A stretch of 64,000 bases of DNA. It comes from Podarcis tiliguerta. Lineage: Eukaryota. The DNA lies in NCBI GenBank assembly GCA_965153285.1, contig OZ229121.1; one strand, given 5' to 3'. Below are positions 12,201-24,200 of the stretch, in pieces. Positions within the stretch are counted from its first letter, which is position 1. Each line of letters begins with the position of its first letter. The position numbers were made by a program, and so were the translations under genes. The notes below the pieces were generated by a model that ran no database searches, was not told where the DNA came from, and was given only the letters and a program-made list of their open reading frames with translations.

Positions 12201-12751
12201 TGGAATGGATACAAACTAAGTGAATCACATTTAGTTCCCATTAAAATCTTTACCAACTTGTCCTACTGATTTCAACAGGACGGGTTCAACTAATTCATTC
12301 CGGGATCCAATTCTGTATTATGAGCAAACACACTCTACATGCTAATTTCACTTTTTTTTTTTAAATGCCAACAATGACTTCTGTAACTTGAAGTGGCTTC
12401 TGTTATTCCTAGATAAGACATTAATAAGGAGACCCATCTTTCCCATACAGGAAGATCAGAAACTGGCTAGGGGGATACAATGAGTAGTAGGTTAACAATG
12501 TGTACTCTTCTGCTAGGTATTTGCTTTCAAGAGAGCCGTTATTTAGGATAAAAAAAATAAAAATGACAGCATACACTGACTTTTTTTTCTTTTTTAAAAA
12601 GTATCTGTTGGTGGACACACAACTAATGCTCGGAAAGAGGGACCAGTATCGTCTGAATCCTAATGAGTATATTTTTGCAGTACTGAACATCTACATTGAC
12701 ATCTTTTCTTTCTTTTTATTTTTATTGCAATTTGTTGGTTGGAGGAAGTGA
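6193..12751 (+). CDS. TMBIM7: Lifeguard/TMBIM (BI-1 family) membrane protein, TMBIM7-like; last five coding exons (5' exons not found in the window)
   Basis: join(6193-6230,6323-6410,8848-8937,10572-10619,12602-12751) translates to TICEGMLLGSIAAFFDADAVMWSVGATASVTFGLAAFTLQKKCDLTITSGILLVLYLVLLIYGCFCAILQSMWLRIIHAAVGTLIFSIYLLVDTQLMLGKRDQYRLNPNEYIFAVLNIYIDIFSFFLFLLQFVGWRK*. It has the DTQ...EY...YxDI di-aspartyl motif. Tail-to-tail position next to ANKIB1 matches mammalian Tmbim7/TMBIM7P. Confidence 0.85.
6323..6410 (+). CDS. TMBIM7: TMBIM7-like exon (FFDADAVMWSVGAT...FTLQKK)
   Basis: ttag|T...AAA|gtaagc; 88 nt. Confidence 0.9.
6650..6990 (+). mobile_element. Decayed L1/Tx1-type LINE ORF2 3' fragment
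   Basis: Translation LITTLLTTAKQCIAQKLKNKTLPTVTDWLRK...FSHFW resembles L1-clade ORF2 C-termini. Confidence 0.55.
7162..7309. mobile_element. Short hAT-like MITE
   Basis: Inverted ends AGTGCTTTTTTC...GAAAAAAGCACTG. Confidence 0.55.
7381..7577. mobile_element. Tigger/mariner-like MITE
   Basis: TA-CAGT(C/G)GTACCTC...GAGGTACCACTG-TA. Confidence 0.8.
7701..8140 (-). mobile_element. CR1 LINE 3' fragment
   Basis: Minus-strand translation NGLKLQQRRFQLNI...NRLPREVVDSPSLEVFKQSL; (ATTCTAT/ATGATTCT) tail. Confidence 0.85.
8848..8937 (+). CDS. TMBIM7: TMBIM7-like exon (CDLTITSGILL...ILQSM)
   Basis: ctttag|TGT...ATG|gtaagt; 90 nt. Confidence 0.88.
9310..9460 (+). mobile_element. L2 LINE ORF2 fragment
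   Basis: LHPYLDRGSLTSAVYALVTSR*DYCNVLHIGLPPKTVQKLQLV, the typical L2 post-RT motif. Confidence 0.8.
10572..10619 (+). CDS. TMBIM7: TMBIM7-like exon (WLRIIHAAVGTLIFSI)
   Basis: ttgcag|TGG...ATA|gtaagt; 48 nt. Confidence 0.88.
11398..12151 (+). mobile_element. Solo LTR (754 bp) of an LTR retroelement
   Basis: TGTCAGGG...CCCTGACA termini; 5-bp TSD CATAT at 11393-11397 and 12152-12156; AATAAA at 12078. Confidence 0.85.
11438..12025 (+). CDS. LTR-encoded hypothetical 195-aa acidic/Ser-rich disordered protein with basic clusters
   Basis: Uninterrupted ORF with strong Kozak context (GAAATGG); stop about 50 nt before the LTR AATAAA; no recognised homolog. Confidence 0.35.
   Translation: MESEGEESEGNVSDDSDPRSLSLSSESDDSQKGAPMVRARGVPRGTPREEGGRGDSESSSWKSGPTSPPECSRGEESQASGSGGALPAGEHEAGLTTPPSGSEETVIRKVKRARAPSSNVQEGGTVGSPGREPGPKARRREREESGGSSSSASEESRETGAPEGSRTQRRKKRWSKARVLNWCTGGGDSDGASPV
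12602..12751 (+). CDS. TMBIM7: TMBIM7-like last coding exon (YLLVDTQ...VGWRK*)
   Basis: Long polypyrimidine tract followed by aag acceptor; typical TMBIM C-terminal motif. Confidence 0.92.
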   Translation, partial: YLLVDTQLMLGKRDQYRLNPNEYIFAVLNIYIDIFSFFLFLLQFVGWRK

Positions 12752-12761
12752 GAAGCACATA

Positions 12762-12767
12762 AATAAA
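12762..12767 (+). terminator. Candidate polyadenylation signal of the TMBIM7-like gene
   Basis: AATAAA 10 nt after the TGA stop. Confidence 0.45.
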
Positions 12768-13477
12768 GGGGATTGTTTTAGAAGTAGCCTAAGAGTCTGA
12801 AGAGCATTGCTTGGGGCGGGGGGGGGGGGATTGTTTTAAAAGCATCATGAAATATGTTGAGGAAGCAAAACTATCGGCTAGCTAAACAACCTTTTTTTTT
12901 AGAGTGAGCAATAGGTAAATGTTTATTTAAGGGTATAAATTCACTAAATTTCTTGCACGTACATTTTAAATGGGATATCAAAATTCTGTATGAAGTACTC
13001 AAAGACCTTCTCCTCAAAGACACAGATCAACTTCAAAATTTAATATGAACCTATTAAAGTCCAATTTGACTATTCTTATGCTCATACTTACGTAGCCAAA
13101 ACTGAAACACCAGTGCACAAGAGATGTACCATCAGACTCTGGGCAACCTCACGATTTGCAGGTACTCAGGGCCCCTTACTGAAAATGGAGTTGTGGTGGC
13201 AGGCTGGGATTGAGCATATTTCTACCACACCACCAGAAACCCCAAATGGGGAAAACCTGAAACAGGCCAATGAGTATTCTCTGTAGCCAGGGATGCTGTT
13301 TTGGAGAGAAAACCTGGAAATGGAAGGTACCATTGAAGGGTGTTACTGAGTGGGTACTAGGATACCAGCAGATGGGTACTGTTATCACTTGAAGAGGCAG
13401 AAAACGGCATCCTTTTTTTGGATGTGGGATCCTTTTCCTGTAGAGGGCACTCCCCCTTTGGCTTTTTCAAGGGTAAT

Positions 13478-13857
13478 AGGTAAAGGGACCCCTAACAGTT
13501 AAGTCCAGTTGTGAATGACTCTGGAGTTGTGGCACTCATCTTGCTTTACAGGCCAAGGGAGCTGGCGTTTGTCTGCTCCGCAGTCAGTTTTTCTGGGTCA
13601 TGTGGCCAGCGTGACTAAGCTGCTTCTGGCACAACAGAACACCAACACCAGAGCAGCACACAGAAATGCCGTTTACCTTCCTGCCAGAGCGGTACCTATT
13701 AATCTACTTGCACTTTTTGGGGTGCTTTTGAACTGCTAGGTTGGCAGGAGCTGGGACCCAGCAATGGGAGCTCACCCCGTTGCGGTGATCTGCCCCGCCG
13801 ACCTTTTGATTGGCAAGCCCATGGCTCAGTGGTTTAGAGCACAGCGCCACCCGCATC
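13478..13857 (-). mobile_element. Sauria SINE
   Basis: Reverse complement of the 413-778 family. Confidence 0.85.
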
Positions 13858-14700
13858 ACATTTTCAAGAGTAGAGGCCTACAATTTGCATTGGTGGTGCC
13901 CTAATGCTCACTTGAGAATGCAGCACATGAAGCTCTGAACAGAAGGGCTCTACACATTGGGCCAGTTGTTCTCGCTAGTTCTAATCCAACAATGCAAATA
14001 TGTAGCCCAGTTAGCTACTTTAACCAACTTTTTGGTGATGAGGGAAAAGTGAGGACTAAATCCAGTCCCGATTCCCATCCTGAACAGCTGATTGGTGATA
14101 TTTTTGAACTTTGAACTGGTTGGAGAACTCTGTATGTAGCAGCTATTTATGTATTTTTGCTATCCTGATTCCTAGCTAGATCAGGGATGTGTCTACTTAG
14201 ACATTCTGTTCAATATGTAAACTGATTAAGCAACGACCATATCAACAGAATCAAGCTAACCAGATTAGTGAGGTTTACTACTGATGTACTGGAATTCTTT
14301 GTCTTTACACCCCCCCCCCCCTAATTTCCCCTTTCCATAGCTTTAAAGTTAGCTATATCAAATAACCCAATTATTTAAAACTCCATGCAGTTCAGCTACT
14401 TAGGTAGATACCTTGGTTCGTTATTACCTTTTTAAGTATCTCTGCACACAGTACTTACTTAATGTTACATGGCACTTTAAATACATAATAGTAGGTTGGA
14501 TCCAAAAGTACTTAAGTGAAACTAAATCAACAGATGCTCTTCCACAAGAGCTTGTGCAAGCATATTGATTGCTTTATTAGATTGGTTTAGTAGCAATGTA
14601 CGACGCTTGCAGAATAGGACCAGATGTTATTTTCTTTCTATTCCCAGTTCTTTGGTTCCAATCCACTATTTGTTAAAGAGAATTAAAATTAATGAGACAA

Positions 14701-14856
14701 NNNNNNNNNNNNNNNNNNNNNNNNNNNNNNNNNNNNNNNNNNNNNNNNNNNNNNNNNNNNNNNNNNNNNNNNNNNNNNNNNNNNNNNNNNNNNNNNNNNN
14801 NNNNNNNNNNNNNNNNNNNNNNNNNNNNNNNNNNNNNNNNNNNNNNNNNNNNNNNN
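14701..14856. other. Assembly gap (156 N)
   Basis: Run of N. Confidence 1.
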
Positions 14857-17518
14857 AAGATTATTATTTTTACATTACAAAATTAATTGGTTTACAAAAT
14901 AGGCTTGCCAAACTTTCTTTCTGAATTGCAAATTCAATTACTGGGGTGGTCTTAAATTTAAATAAGTACCAAGAAAATACAAATTTAATATGCTAAATTT
15001 CATGCTCAGAATAAAGTCAACACAGGAACAATGGTGTATACTGCACAATCTAAACCAAATTACAGTAAAACCAGAACCCACAAACTTCACTATTCGTCAC
15101 AGAGAGCACTTGTACATATCTTCTCTTAGCTTTGCAAGACATCTTAATGCAATACACAAAATCTGTGTGAGGATCGTCCTATTTGGAAATTATAACTCAA
15201 GGATGCTGTATGTGCGTCTCAAATTAATTTCAGTTTAAAACCAATTAATGAGGATAGAATCTTCAAGTCCTATTTTTGGTTAAGAAGATTTTATACCAGA
15301 CAGCTGTTTAAATAGTTTCTCAAGGCTGAAAACAGGGTTTCAACATCAATACCTTCAGGATAGGGCAGTTAGAAGCCAAGCTAGAAAATGTAATGGATCT
15401 ACAGAATACAGTGAACAGAGCAGCGAACTATTCCTTCTAAATAAACTTCTAGAAGAAACAGATTTATTTTTTTAATTTTGGAGTAAATAATTAATATGTA
15501 GTTATTTAGTATTATGAGCCACAGGGACTGCAAGATTCCAACAGTAATCTTTAAATGAAAGAGTTAAAATACTTTTTCTTGTAACTCACAGTAATCAATA
15601 TACATACAACCTTATTTCCCATCATAATACTTTACTATACACAGTCAGTAGCGAGAAACCTTTATATAAGACATCAGCAGATCTCTCATATCGTCAAACA
15701 TAAAATGGAACATTTCACCTATTTTCCTTGTGTTATCCTAGGATTCGATTATATGCAAGCAAAACAGTAATTTAAACAATTTCTTCTAGTTAAAATTACA
15801 AACTGCATCACTGTAACTTACAATGAGGTCTTGATGCTTTTAAGCCAATCTCAACAAGAATTTTCTTCACAGTAGGACACCACTAGGGAAGGTAATTTTT
15901 TTTCTTCCTTTTACATTAAACAGCAACCACACACCAAACGAATATTGTGCAATTGAAAGAATACACAGTAGTGTTTTCATTATTTATATAAAAACTTTTG
16001 AGCATTTAGGGTATGATACTTCCCAATGTGGGCACAGTGTCTGTATAGAGGGATCTGCACAGAGGGGTTTTTCTACAGAACCCCTTTTCTCCCCTCCCTT
16101 TCAGAATGCATGCCCTGGTGGCACACTTTCCCTGTTCCACTCTCAGGCTCTCTCTGCTCAAGATGCAGAAGTCAGATCGCACAACTTGAATTGTATTGAG
16201 CAGGAGGGCTTGGCTGGAGATAGATGAAGCACACACAGATCTGGTGCAGCCTGAACTGCCATGGCATGCATGCTGGGAGGGGGAAATGGGGCTCAGCTGA
16301 TTTGTATGGGGATACTTCTATGTGTTAGCACCACACCTGTATAGGGAAGAATTTTACGCTATGTCATTATTTACCGGAAAGGCAAGGCCATGAGTGGTTT
16401 TTATGGAGGCTTTTGCACTTCATAGCATAGTAACTCCAGAACAGATAACTACTCATTCAACTGTGGCAACTATCTATTTGAGTTAGGCAAAGGCACGGTA
16501 ACATGTTGCATGTAATATGTATTATTAAATCTTTATTGTGGGACTGCCTCTAATGTCAAGAAATTTCAAACTTCTTTATTTTATAATTATCATTAAAAGC
16601 AACTGCACTGTGCATAAAATGTATTGTTAATTATGAAAACAAAAGGCATATGATTGCACTTCCATTAAAGTGTCTTTTCAATACAGCATAGCTGCTGCTA
16701 AATCAACTATTTAAAATAACTGTTCTTAACAGTAGTATTAGGCTTAATTAACTTAAGGTACAGCTTATGTTAATGCAGTCACCATGGCAATAACTGCCAG
16801 TTAAATTTGGAAAAGCATTTCTTTCAAGTGGTCCTTCTATCACTAATAATTATAGGTGCACTTTAAAACAGCAATACTGCATACTTTTTGTGTTGAAGTT
16901 GTTTGCTATTTACAGTTTGGCACATCTGTACTGTAAATAGACATTAAAAAAAAACAATTTTAATTAGAAAAGAATATCCACTCCTTGGTTTGTGAAGCAG
17001 CACTGAAAAGAAGTATTTGTATACCTCAATTCACACTGCAGGTTAAAGATTAGTTGGGGAAGGGCAATGAAAAAGCAAGGTATAAAAAATACTGCTAAAC
17101 ACTGGTTTGTTAGAAGACAATTCAAATAAGGGGGAAAGAGGAGAGAATGGTTTTGTAGAATCAATAATTCAAATGCTCAGTGAGCCTTTAATCCACACTT
17201 TCAAGTTAAGGATCACCAGCCTAAGGCTAAATAGATGCTGCATTGTATTAGGAATGTGGAGTACAAACTATTTCTCTCTCTTCAAAGTGAACAGAACACT
17301 GTCAAATGCAATGGAAATTCCCTGAAAGGTTCACATAACCATCGTAAAGAACTTAAAGGGAATTCCTATATATTCCATCTCCACACCACAGATAAACAAC
17401 CAAGCTCTGCTTATGTGGGCCAAAGTCTCCAGAATGCTTACTCCACATAGTGTACCGCTGGCAACTGCCTAGCCATTTTGGCTCCATAATCAATTTCTGT
17501 GTTCAGGCTTGTTTGTGT
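14857..17518 (-). other. ANKIB1: ANKIB1 3' UTR (distal end uncertain, possibly in or just past the gap)
   Basis: AT-rich, nearly repeat-free sequence downstream of the stop; Pumilio-type TGTAAATA on the minus strand at 16907-16914. Confidence 0.55.
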
Positions 17519-18268
17519 TCACACCAAATGTACATGTTCATTCCACTCAGTTGAGCTCTGAGATATTTGACTAGAAACATCTCCTGAAGCATCCACTTGG
17601 CTAGCTGCCTCCCCAGCTGAGTCCCCACTTGGTGGTACTGCTTCTCCTGTAATAACATTCCCAACAGCACCACTCTCTTCTGTCTGGGTGCTTCTACCTT
17701 CATTTTGGAGCGAATCCTCAAAAAGTGCATGCTCCTCCAGAGGGTCCTGTCTTGCATCAGGAACATGTGGTTGCTCCAATGACCCCTCTTCAGTACTGGG
17801 TTGCTGTGAATCATCATCAGTTTCCGTACTTGCTGAAGGAATGAGTGCAATACTTTGAGGATTCATGTCATGGAACCAGGCCATAATGTTCCCAAGGAGA
17901 TTTTCATTTATATTAGGATCTTGGCTACTTGAATCCGCTTCACTAGATGTTGAATACAGGCCACTTCTTGCATCACTGAAGGTGTGAGAACTAAGATGGT
18001 CAGTTGAAAATGGATCACTGTCTGCACTTAGTTTCATCAGACTATCACCAAGTTCTAGAAGTTCAGAGCTACTTAGAGCAGCTCGTGGATTATCTATACT
18101 TATGGGACCAGAGTCCAGCCTTGTAGGCAATGAAGTACCTATTGCTCCTAAGGAAGCTTCATTGGTTAGAAAGTCTCTGGTTTCATCAATAACTAAACCA
18201 GATTCTTGCAATGATAACTGAATAGCAAGCAGAATGTTTGGGTCATCTTCATCCAAGGAGCTTAAAGC
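17519..18268 (-). CDS. ANKIB1: ANKIB1 exon 20 coding part (UIM plus disordered C-terminal tail)
   Basis: [24 protein letters not shown]...EWNEHVHLV*; 750 nt including stop. Confidence 0.95.
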   Translation of the reverse strand, partial: ALSSLDEDDPNILLAIQLSLQESGLVIDETRDFLTNEASLGAIGTSLPTRLDSGPISIDNPRAALSSSELLELGDSLMKLSADSDPFSTDHLSSHTFSDARSGLYSTSSEADSSSQDPNINENLLGNIMAWFHDMNPQSIALIPSASTETDDDSQQPSTEEGSLEQPHVPDARQDPLEEHALFEDSLQNEGRSTQTEESGAVGNVITGEAVPPSGDSAGEAASQVDASGDVSSQISQSSTEWNEHVHLV

Positions 18269-21200
18269 CTAAGGGAGAGATTAGAATAATTTTCAGAATA
18301 AATGCAATATATTTATATCTATATACACACATCTACAATCATATACTTAGAGCAGCGTTTTCCCCCTAAATAGCTTCCAATTTCCAAGAAGAAATTATGC
18401 ATTCAAGAGAATACAATTTCATAATACTTAATTTAAGCTAATATTTTTGGTGCGAAACTAATGTCCAAAAGATGCTAACTCAGACACAAGTCCCATATGA
18501 ATTCATGGTACTTCCAATTAAACCTGTTTAGGAGCTTAGGTGTTCAAATTATTGACAACCAGAGTTAGCTGACAAATTAGCTAACTAAAAGCAGAGGCAT
18601 GCAAGATACAGATACAGGAAAGAAAAGAAAAGAAAAGAAAAGAAAAGAAAAGAAAAGAAAAGGGAAAGTCACAAAGGAATATACCTGCAGAGAATCTTGG
18701 TTTTCAGAGTGACTAACAGGAGTATAGTCATGAAGAGAAGAGCTGTGAAGAATACTCATGGAAGCTGAACTCACCATGGAATTACCATGTCTTCTGTTAC
18801 TACCTGGTTCTTGAGTATCTGTTCAAGAAAAGAAAGTTTATCCCTTAATTTTACTGAGAAATCTCGTCACCAGATACTCCAAACCACATTCAGTTAGGCT
18901 ACACATGATTTATTTTGGCATTTAAGGCTTGCTAATCAAACACTAACAAATTGCTTCATTGAAAATAAACTACAATCTATAATTATACAGAATTCCTCTT
19001 TAAAAAGAAGGAATATCGCTAGCAAAAAAGTAAAGAGAACTTCTATACAAGTCTCACCTAATGTGCTTTCACTGGGGTCATCGGGATCTGGAGCATTACT
19101 AAGCAGGCTGTGCATGTCTCCACGTCGACGCTGTCTGTGCCTCCTCCGATACTGAAATTCAGCATATTCCTGCATAAACCAAACGTTACAAAATACAGGG
19201 GAGCATGCAATAATAGTTTTGGGCATAACAAATAGCACATTTAAAGAAAAAAAAAGAGTGCCTGTGATTTTATGCATTATAAAATCACTTGTAAATAGCA
19301 GCCTATACCATGCAAGCTTTTTCAAAAGAAAAATTGGACAGATTACACAAACTACTAAATTAAACTAACAAGACTATATAAAGCTGCTGCTGAACTGCTT
19401 GCAAATCTTACTGCAAGAATACCAAGGCATATTTATCTTATATAAAATATTTAATTATGCATTTTTATACTTACTGTTTAATTGCTTTCCCCCAAAAGTT
19501 TGTGTATTATATTGATGAATTTTACAATTGCCTAACATTATAATACCACATGGCTCATCCTCAGGCAAAAACACTGGCTTATCTGCATCCATTTCAGCAA
19601 TGCTTAAAATGTTAAGGATGCACTTAGGGTGTTTTATAAAGTTAGGCGTGGGTATAAGAGGCTAGTATAGAAAACAAGATTTATGTAATGGAAAAGGGTG
19701 CTTATCAATAAAGTACAATAAAAGGTACAGTACAGGGAATTATGTGTTAATCAGATGCTCATGTTCTCTATTGGTTATCACTGCTTTGATCTAACAAGAT
19801 GGATAAATAAAAAATTGTTTCCGTTATGGGCAAAAAGGTTTGTGGCAATATCAGTGCTTTCAGATATCAAATACTACAACTTTGTAATAGGAAAACAAAA
19901 AAGGAAGTTTCTCGCAAGCTTCAGGAATGGAGCAGTCAAGGCTAATTTTAAAGCCAAATCTTGAACCTGATTTTTAAAATAAATAAATAAATAAATAAAT
20001 AAGGACTGCATAACTAAGATTAATGCAGCAATGGACTTAAATGTTAGCATATTTAGGCTGCAAGTCTATCCCCATTTACCTGAAAGTAAGCCCTTCTGAA
20101 TTCAATAGGACTTACTTCTGTGGGGCTGAACTGTTAGGTTTTCAGTAATTCTGAAAAGCTATTTACATAGTTTCAACACTGATATATGAGTTTTATACAT
20201 CAGCCAAAACATTGCCTTAAAAAAAGAAGGCCAAGTCTATTTACTTTAGCTAATTTTTGCACAGTAAAGTAGTCTAATATGCAATAATGCTGTGCCTGGT
20301 GAATTTATTTTCAAAAAGAATTCCAAGAGTATAGCCTTGCACCAATTCAAAGATTTACTTTTCTCTATCAACATGTAGCTTTCTCACAGCTGCTCAAAGT
20401 ATCTGCAAAGCTTCTATCAAGAATCACACTTTGCTGAAATATGTTTCATTAAATTATCCAAGAAAATCAATTGTTAAGAATCATGGCTAAACAGAATGTA
20501 TAACTTTATTTAAGCATGCTTTCCTGCCATGTCCCCCCTGTCTTGTGTGGCTTGCTGAACTAAGTTCCTCTTTGCAGAACTGGGAGATTCTTGTTGAAAA
20601 CCAACAGGCATTAACAAGAAACAGACTGAGTTTTATTTGCAGAGGACATGATTGTTTGGGATAAAAGCACTGCTACATTTTTTGAATGAACAACAAAATG
20701 GCAGATGAGATTGAAGCTAAGCACAACATGTCAGAGTTTTTAATGCCAAATAAAGCAAGAGAGCGTTTTCCAATGTTCACTAGAAAACTCAGTAAGAATG
20801 CCACCTCAGTGTACTGTTACTGTGGAAGAGACAAGTCATGTTAGGATTTATTAAAGGTCTTACTAAAAATGCCAAGTTTGAGGGTATCTGGTGGTCTCTC
20901 TTTGTGTTTGTTATTTGATTAGAAGAGCTCCACTTTCACAGCTAGATTTTTTGAGACAGGACAGCGATTGCCCATGATTCTTGGTATGTATGACATTTTA
21001 CAATTTTAGTTTGCAGGTATCTGTAGCTCCACTGCATCATTTAATTTTCTCTTTTATTGTGTTATTTCTTTTATAATTTTTCTTATTCTATTTGTCCTTT
21101 TTCAGGTTTGTATCTGCTTTCTCTACTTATGTAACAAAATGAAATAAAGACATATTTGATAAAAAAGAAGTCCTATTGAATTCAATGGGGCTAGGATTTT

Positions 21201-24200
21201 TAGGGGTCGTTTTCATAATTATTATTGGGAATTATTGGGAACCAAGTATTATAGGAAGAACTGGGAAAAGCAAGCAAGTTCATTTGCCTATAAGAAGCAA
21301 GCTATATTCTTGCAAGCATACTGCTGTTCAGCAACAATAGAAAAGGAAATATGCAGAAATGTGTGGATCTTACAAAAAAACCCAAACATCACACACTAGA
21401 AAACCTATCTAACTCAGGGATTTTCATACTTGAGGCAGGAACAGAGGCTGCAAAAGGAACAAAATGTAAAATTAACCTATTCAGATCAATCTGGTGTGGT
21501 TTTAAGTAGTATACTTATTTCTTCCTGGCGTGTTTTGCATCTGATGACAAATTTTGTACAAAATTTAAACTACAGAGATATACATCTCTGGTTAGATGCT
21601 TGTGTCTCACTACAAGTACAAGCCTGCACTCACATACATTTGCATTTCCCTGAAATGGAAGATGCTTAAATACATACAGCTAGGAGGAATGAAAAAGGGA
21701 GGGAAATTAAAAACAGGGTGCCAGCACCAGACTAATATAGATCATTACTGATCGCTGGCCTTGATTAAAGAGCCAACTCAGAATGAGGAACAGAAAGGTA
21801 TTTCGTGTTACAGAACTGGCATGGATCCTCTAGGCCCATGGAAACTTTATTCATGGTTTAGTCCCTTGGCAATGAGGAGGAGGAGTGTAGGACCTTCCCT
21901 TAGGAGGAATAATAATAGTAGTAATAATAATTTTATTTATACCCCACCCTTCCCGGTTCAAAAACCGGGCTCAGGGCGGCTAACAACAAATTTAAAACAC
22001 TTAATTGATGCAACAAAAATAGCATAAAATATGGTATAAAACGTGAATAATGATAAATTCAGAATTGAAAAATCAATTTAGGGAGGAAATCCATCCAATA
22101 AACATTAGATGATCACGAGGGCTAGCTGACTAAATTAGTCCTGTTTGGGCCAGCATGGAGACCAGGGGAGAATTAGCTGTGGGATCCCAGAGTGGATAAT
22201 CTTTATAAAAAGGGGAGGGGGAGGGAAGGAAGGGGAATAAAAGATCAGGCTAAGTTCAAGTTGAAAGCCAGGCGAAATAGCTGTGTCTTACAGGCCCTGC
22301 GGAAGGAGGTTAAATCCTGCAGGGCCCTGGTCTCATGACACAGCATTCCACCAGGTCGGAGCCATCACTGAGAAGGCCCCGGCCCCGGTGGAGAATAATC
22401 TAACTTCCTTAGGGCCTGGGGCCTCTAAACTATGATTATTCATGGACCTCTGTGGGGCATACCAGGAGCATGGAGCAAGATGCCTCTCCCATATCAAACA
22501 GGTGTAGATAGAATGCTACTATAGCTGAGACAGTTGTCACACTGTTTGCTGGGACACAGCTGAAGCAGAGCTAGAGGATTAGGGTGCCATGTTGTAAGCC
22601 ACCTTGTATATCTACCACGAGATATAAAATTAAATATATTTCCTTCTATTGTAAAGCAGCAAAAATAGAAAGCTCATTCAGACCTTGTAAACCTTGGTGC
22701 AGTTTGCAACAACATCAGGAAGCTAATCATGCAAAGTGAAATTCCATCTTAATTTCCATAATAATACACATTTTAATTAAAAGTGGCAAAAAATTACCTC
22801 GGGGGATGCAAATCCTAAATATTCCCAATCCCATGTTCCACCAGCAAAGCTATAAATTAAACAGACTTTGTTAAAGAATACTAGAATAAATTGTGAATAC
22901 CCCCCCTCCAACAAACTGAGTACAAAAATGAATGTGTTCATTTGATCAGCTTCAAGGGCTGTCCTGTGCAACCTTTCTGGAATTGTACTTCAAGGCCAAT
23001 GGTGTTAACATTTGTATCCTTCCCTCAAAACCATCTCCTTTTGTGCAGTGCAGCTGGAGCATCCTTTCTCAAACGCCATGGGGAACTTGCTAGTCCTTGT
23101 TACCGACAACGCTACTATGTCCATGTAAAAAGTTCAGCAGTCAAGAAAAAAACTTTTGCCAGCCAGAAGCTTACAAGAGTAAGCTGAGGTGTTTTTAAAA
23201 AGTTATTCCTGCATTTTATTTCCGAGGAGCAGCACTGCACATACACACCTCTGTCCAGCTAGAAGATGTATAAATATTTCCCTTGTTACAATTCTGGCCA
23301 CAAGCACATGTCTGTGTCCCCACCACACCCCCGCCGCTGCCCCTTTAAAACTGTTAGGTGGGAAGTGGTGAAGCATCACTAATAGATTTTTAAAAATGAA
23401 TTCTGCAAAGCAAACCTACCAGGACTACCTGCTCTACAACTTGAAGGCTAAGCAGAAGAGTTTTTAAGGCAGGCTTACCAAGCCGAGTGGCTGCCAGGTG
23501 AACCTCTTTGGCCATACAGATCTTTGTTATTGTTAGGTTACCTGCGCCTTGGAGCTTCTGGAGAATCTGCAGGAGCAACTCCTCGGGCCACAGAGGCCAA
23601 GAACTCTTGCCGCTTCTGCTGTACAAGGCAGGCTGCACGGATAATTTTATGACGCGGAGTACGAAGGTAAGGCCTGTTCACTTTCTGAGCAAGATCCTCA
23701 GTGACCATCTCAAGATCTGTCTATATCAGAAAATAAATACTCATGTAAATTTTTTACAGGACGAGAAACCATAACTCTGGATACTTGCTGCGCATGTTAT
23801 TTCCATGGGGACAAGAAAGAACAAACCAGGAAAAAGTGGGTTAATGGTGCCTAGAACAGGGTGGATCACATTGCATAGTTTTGGTTATTCTGATTCCTGA
23901 GGCTCTACCCTAGTTCTGCTCATAACCAAGCTGGACTTTGAGCATAAAATGTTCAGCCTGAAAGAAAAAGTCTGAAGAAAAATAAAATTCCCTCCTTAGG
24001 GAGCATGGCTGGAATACAAGGATGTAAGGACTGGTGGGTTTTAACTGAATGAAAGATGACGCACTCACCTACCTGAGTCAGTGATGGAACTGGCTTCCTC
24101 CTGTATAACCCCTGGAAGGAACATTAATGGTAAATGCCCAATGTTCTGTTCTCTGGCTGGCATGCAGGAGTAAGCCAGGTAACAGTGGGACTTGCCTAAG

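Noticed and set aside
14565-14924. ORFs spanning poly-X
   Set aside because: Produced by the assembly gap
23479-23541. Alternative donor TTG|gtaagc 63 nt downstream of ANKIB1 exon 16
   Set aside because: The extension reads AGG TAA (immediate stop), and there is no further support beyond a chance consensus match
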